A DNA stretch of 64,000 nt, taken from the IMG/VR virus record IMGVR_UViG_3300022871_001550, positions 670-64,669 of that record. The stretch is one strand, 5' to 3'. This stretch comes from a virus (Duplodnaviria; Caudoviricetes). Positions 60,289 to 64,000 of the stretch are shown piece after piece. Position numbers and translations under genes: made by a program. The notes under the pieces were generated by a model. That model was not told the origin of the DNA. It made no database searches and was given only the letters and a program-made list of their open reading frames with translations. Positions within the stretch are counted from its first letter, which is position 1. Each line of letters begins with the position of its first letter.

Positions 60289-62991
60289 ATGGCAACAATA
60301 TTTGTATCACCAGGGATTTATGATAGAGAACAAGACTTTACCGTATTTGCCTCAAGAATTGGAATAACAAGATTAGGATTAGTAGGAAAAACATTAAAAG
60401 GTCCTGCCTTTCAATCAATAAAAGTAGCGAGTGCAGATGAGTATGCATTGAGATTTGGGGGAACACACCCAGATTATCCTTTGGGATATGTAGCTAATGC
60501 ATTTTTAGCTCAAGCTAATGATTTAACAGTATCTAGGGTTTTGGGTGCAAGTGGTTTTACAAACTCTCCAGCATGGTTGGTTGTAGCAGATTCAGTTCCT
60601 TTATATACTGGAAGTACAACTGTAAGTGGTTCAACATTTACTGCTAGTGATGCAACAGGTCCAACTATTTATACAATTACATTTGAAGAGGACAGTGTCA
60701 TGGAGGATGGTTCTGCAAGTGCTCAAACTGCTGTTGATAGTGCTATTACAATTGGTTTTTCTGGTTGTAGTATGTCAGAAATATATGCAGCATTAGTAAC
60801 TGGGGTTGATGCTAATTGGGCTGCTTTTGGAATTACAATGACTGATAGCGTTGGTGGTGGTGATATTGTAGATAGTGCAATAACCATTACCACAATAACA
60901 GCTGAAGATGTAATCGTTTATTCTGGAGCTACATTGGCAATTTTAAGAAGTAAGAAAGATGAGCTTGGAATAGCAATATTTGATTTGGAAACTGATGTTG
61001 AAATTGGTATACCAGGGGCGAATGCATTATCTAATTTTATAATAAGTGGAACAACTGGTCCTTTAACAGCATATACAAATGGATTAACCGTTTGTTTAGA
61101 CGAGACTAAAGAAAATTATATTGTTAAAGTTTTTGGAACTAATCCAGAACAAATAACTGGCACTTTGGGACTTTATGTAGAAGAGATTTATCCTCATTTT
61201 ATTAGAGAAGCTGTTGCTAGAAATGAAATTGGAAGTATTGAAACATCTCTTTTATTTAAAGCAATTACAAATAATGGTTATGCTGATTATAATAATGGTT
61301 ATACTCATTCTGAAACTCCTTGGATTGTATCTAGAGTAGTTGGTGGAATAGTTAATAATTTATTTAAATTTCATACTATTTCTGATGGTAATGCTTCTGC
61401 TCAAGAGATTAAAATTTCTATTGGAAATATTGACCCTTTAAATTATACATTTGATGTTTATGTGAGAAGGTTTGATGATACTGATGCAACTGCATCACAA
61501 ACAATGTTAGAAAGGTTTCCAAATGTAACTTTAGATGATACTCAAAGTAATTTTATTGGAAAATACATTGGGACTTATGATGAAGAATATCCAAGTAAAT
61601 CTATGTTTGTTCTCGTAGAGATGGCGGAAAGGTATCCTGGCAATACTGTACCTGCTGGTTTTAGAGGTTATGAATTAAGAGGAGATAGTGATGCTACACT
61701 TGGAACATCTGCTGATATTTATTATAAAACAACATATTTATCTGGAGATACAGTATATAAAACATATCTTGGTATTTCTGAATTAGGATATACAAGTTTA
61801 ACAGCTTCAAATGTATCATCAAAAAATGCAGTTAAAACAATAGAAAAAGATTTGTTTAAATATCATGGAGGTTATACTACAACAGGAATTACTACAATTA
61901 AAGGTTTCCATTTAGAAAATACTGCAGATGCTGCAACTTTTATTTCAGGTGATAAAGCTACGATTACAGCTTACACAAAAACTGGCCTTGTAGGAATTAC
62001 AGATAAAACTAAACTTAAATTTACTGTTGTGCCTATTGGTGGATTTGATGGATTTGATAAATATGAAACATATACTTATGGATATCAAGAGTTTATTTCA
62101 ACTAAAGCAAATAATGTTGCTCAATATAAAGCTGCAATTGACGTCTTTTCAAATCCTGAAGAGGTTGATATTAATTTATTAGCAACTCCAGGTGTTGATT
62201 TCAGCAACAATGAGGAAATTGTTAAATATGCATTAGATATAGTTGAAGAAAGAGCTGATGTACTTTATGTAATTGATTCTCCAAGAATTACAGATTCTAT
62301 TGATAAAGGAATTCCTGAAGAGGCTGTAAACTTATTAGAGGCTACGGGGATTGATTCTAATTACGCAGCTACTTATTGGCCTTGGATTCAAATTGAAGAT
62401 ACTATTTCGGGAAAATATACTTATCAGCCACCTACTTTATTAATAGTGAAAGCATTAGCTTTAACTGATAATGTTGCTGCTCCTTGGTTTGCACCAGCTG
62501 GTTTAAACAGAGGTGTTGCTGGAGCAAGCATTAAACAGACAGATATTAAACTTAACAAAGAAAAAAGAGATACATTATATGAAGGAAGAATTAATCCAAT
62601 AGCAAGCTTTGTTCAACAAGGTATTGTAATTTGGGGACAGAAAACCCTTCAAGTGCGTCAATCATCTCTTGATAGAATTAATATTAGAAGATTATTACTT
62701 CAAGTTAGAAGGTTAATTGCTGCGGCTTCATTAACTTTATTGTTCGAACAAAATGACCAAACTTTAAGAGACCAGTTTTTAGCGAAAGTTGAGCCTATTT
62801 TATTGCAAATTCAAAATCAAAGAGGTTTGTCAGCATTTAAAGTTGTTATGGATGATTCTAATAATAATGAAGATACAATTGATAGAAATATGTTGATTGG
62901 TAAAATTCAGCTTAAGCCAACAAGAACTGCTGAATTTATTGACCTTACATTTCAAGTTTTACCAACTGGAGCAAATTTTGAGGACTTTTAA
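60289..62991 (+). CDS. gp18: Tail sheath protein (T4 gp18-like)
   Basis: FVSPGIY..EQD, GKTLKGPAF, YAATYWPW, PWFAPAGLNRG, WGQKTLQ, LDRINIRRLL and LKPTRTAEFI. Confidence 0.96.
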   Translation: MATIFVSPGIYDREQDFTVFASRIGITRLGLVGKTLKGPAFQSIKVASADEYALRFGGTHPDYPLGYVANAFLAQANDLTVSRVLGASGFTNSPAWLVVADSVPLYTGSTTVSGSTFTASDATGPTIYTITFEEDSVMEDGSASAQTAVDSAITIGFSGCSMSEIYAALVTGVDANWAAFGITMTDSVGGGDIVDSAITITTITAEDVIVYSGATLAILRSKKDELGIAIFDLETDVEIGIPGANALSNFIISGTTGPLTAYTNGLTVCLDETKENYIVKVFGTNPEQITGTLGLYVEEIYPHFIREAVARNEIGSIETSLLFKAITNNGYADYNNGYTHSETPWIVSRVVGGIVNNLFKFHTISDGNASAQEIKISIGNIDPLNYTFDVYVRRFDDTDATASQTMLERFPNVTLDDTQSNFIGKYIGTYDEEYPSKSMFVLVEMAERYPGNTVPAGFRGYELRGDSDATLGTSADIYYKTTYLSGDTVYKTYLGISELGYTSLTASNVSSKNAVKTIEKDLFKYHGGYTTTGITTIKGFHLENTADAATFISGDKATITAYTKTGLVGITDKTKLKFTVVPIGGFDGFDKYETYTYGYQEFISTKANNVAQYKAAIDVFSNPEEVDINLLATPGVDFSNNEEIVKYALDIVEERADVLYVIDSPRITDSIDKGIPEEAVNLLEATGIDSNYAATYWPWIQIEDTISGKYTYQPPTLLIVKALALTDNVAAPWFAPAGLNRGVAGASIKQTDIKLNKEKRDTLYEGRINPIASFVQQGIVIWGQKTLQVRQSSLDRINIRRLLLQVRRLIAAASLTLLFEQNDQTLRDQFLAKVEPILLQIQNQRGLSAFKVVMDDSNNNEDTIDRNMLIGKIQLKPTRTAEFIDLTFQVLPTGANFEDF

Positions 62992-63009
62992 AATTGAATA
63001 TATAAATAG

Positions 63010-63091
63010 AAAAGGGAAGAAAATGTTCTTCCCTTTTTTTATGCTTATTATTTTAATAAAAAAGCCTCCTGAATTTTCAAGAGGCTTTTTT
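63010..63091. terminator. Two tandem intrinsic terminators between the convergent sheath and tube units
   Basis: aaaagggaaga-aaatgt-tcttccctttt and aaaaagcctc-ctgaattttcaa-gaggcttttt. Confidence 0.8.
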
Positions 63092-63110
63092 ATTTATTAA
63101 TTATATTGTT

Positions 63111-63470
63111 TTAATTAAAGTTATTTAAGTCTTCTAAGATTTCTATTAAAATCCCCCCCATAGATGGAACAGATAGTCTTTTTCCATTTGAAAAATTCAA
63201 TTCAAATTCCCCTAAAAATTCTCCAGCTTCATCTGTGTCTCCATCTTGCCATGCATATTCAAAAGTAGACCCGCTTGCGCAAGTTGTTGTTGCAGATTGT
63301 TCAAAGATTTTTGTGGTATTGCATTTAGTTTTAACCATTGTAAATGTAATTAAGTCAACATCAGTAATGTCAAATTCAGTTTTTTCTCCTAAATTTCCAG
63401 TTGATGTTAGATTGACTTGCAGCACAGGAAGCGTGTCGTTTCTTTTTATTTTAAAAACGTCTAAGCTCAT
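63111..63470 (-). CDS. BppU N-terminal-like (Ig-like) virion protein
   Basis: IKRNDTLP.L...YAWQDGDTDEAGEFLGEFEL.F..G..LSVP. Confidence 0.6.
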   Translation of the reverse strand: MSLDVFKIKRNDTLPVLQVNLTSTGNLGEKTEFDITDVDLITFTMVKTKCNTTKIFEQSATTTCASGSTFEYAWQDGDTDEAGEFLGEFELNFSNGKRLSVPSMGGILIEILEDLNNFN

Positions 63471-63488
63471 AGGTTATGGTTCTTAAGA

Positions 63489-63977
63489 TTAAGAATTATG
63501 TAGACATCTGTCTGGTTGAACTGTAACTTTTACAGTAGAAACATCATCTGCAGAATAGTCATAATCATCAAAGCTACCTGTTGTAATTGTACAACCTACT
63601 AAAGTCCACTTTTCAACTTCAACTCCTGTTGGGTCTAAAGCTTTTAGTACGAGATTTTTCTTGTAACCAATTGCATATCCCATTCTACCAGTTGCAGATT
63701 CAGCGTGTAAACGTATCCATTCCATAACTTTTTGAGTAGTAGAAGGACCTATTACATCAATAAAGCTAATTTCAATAGTGTTCCATTTATAACGACCAGC
63801 AACCCATGTACTTGTGTTCATGTATGGAATTTCTGTACTATTGATTTCAATAGACGGTTTTCCTGATGTTTGTACTAAATATGATTCAATTCCTAATTCT
63901 GTTGGAAATTCCAATACAAACCTATTTTTTCTTTTAGGTTCCTGTTCTACAGGAACGGGTCTAAACATTTCAGCCAT
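63489..63977 (-). CDS. gp19: Tail tube protein (T4 gp19-like)
   Basis: EPKRKNRF, IPYMN....AGRYKW, VMEWIRL, GYKKNL.L..LDP.G..VEKW.L.G. Confidence 0.88.
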   Translation of the reverse strand: MAEMFRPVPVEQEPKRKNRFVLEFPTELGIESYLVQTSGKPSIEINSTEIPYMNTSTWVAGRYKWNTIEISFIDVIGPSTTQKVMEWIRLHAESATGRMGYAIGYKKNLVLKALDPTGVEVEKWTLVGCTITTGSFDDYDYSADDVSTVKVTVQPDRCLHNS

Positions 63978-64000
63978 TTTTTTACTTTTAATTTGTTTCT

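Noticed and set aside
959-63486. Many short ORF-track entries antisense to or nested in long genes (e.g. 959..1144, 1464..1946, 41990..42253, 49305..49610, 52612..52962, 63235..63486)
   Set aside because: They are shadow frames of well-supported genes, with antisense-typical Ser/Phe/Ile-rich composition and no motifs or promoters.
1-64000. Genome-wide stop-codon reassignment (TGA or TAG recoding, as in some jumbo phages)
   Set aside because: Genes are intact under code 11 and Trp is encoded by TGG. TAG ends several clear genes (e.g. major capsid, gp6-like), and TGA ends 38726..39610 in a normal ATGA overlap. Only one internal TGA was found.

Overview
A very AT-rich, densely coding segment of a large T4-like (contractile-tailed) phage genome, probably a jumbo phage of a Bacteroidota host. 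The host inference rests on TAnnTTTG/TTTG promoters and the absence of Shine-Dalgarno sites. Layout: baseplate and tail-accessory genes (1-23.9 kb); a gp55-like sigma factor; a ~16 kb sugar-nucleotide and glycosyltransferase block (Gmd with a LAGLIDADG intein, a ColD-like dehydratase, an Fcl/ColC-like reductase, and GT11, GT10, GT25, GT2, GT-B and STELLO-like proteins); PhoH, an ADP-ribosylglycohydrolase and a vWA gene interrupted by one in-frame TGA; then prohead protease, scaffold, major capsid, a free-standing endonuclease, neck proteins, tail terminator, sheath and tube. Three observations stand out. (1) A candidate virion-glycosylation system: the fucose/colitose machinery sits beside structural proteins rich in a [S/T]-[G/A]-x-[T/S] motif. 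(2) An unannotated, highly structured ~340-nt RNA with its own host-type promoter, antisense between the neck and tail-terminator genes. (3) The TGA-plus-hairpin inside the vWA gene. All family assignments come from motif recognition by eye; no database searches were run.
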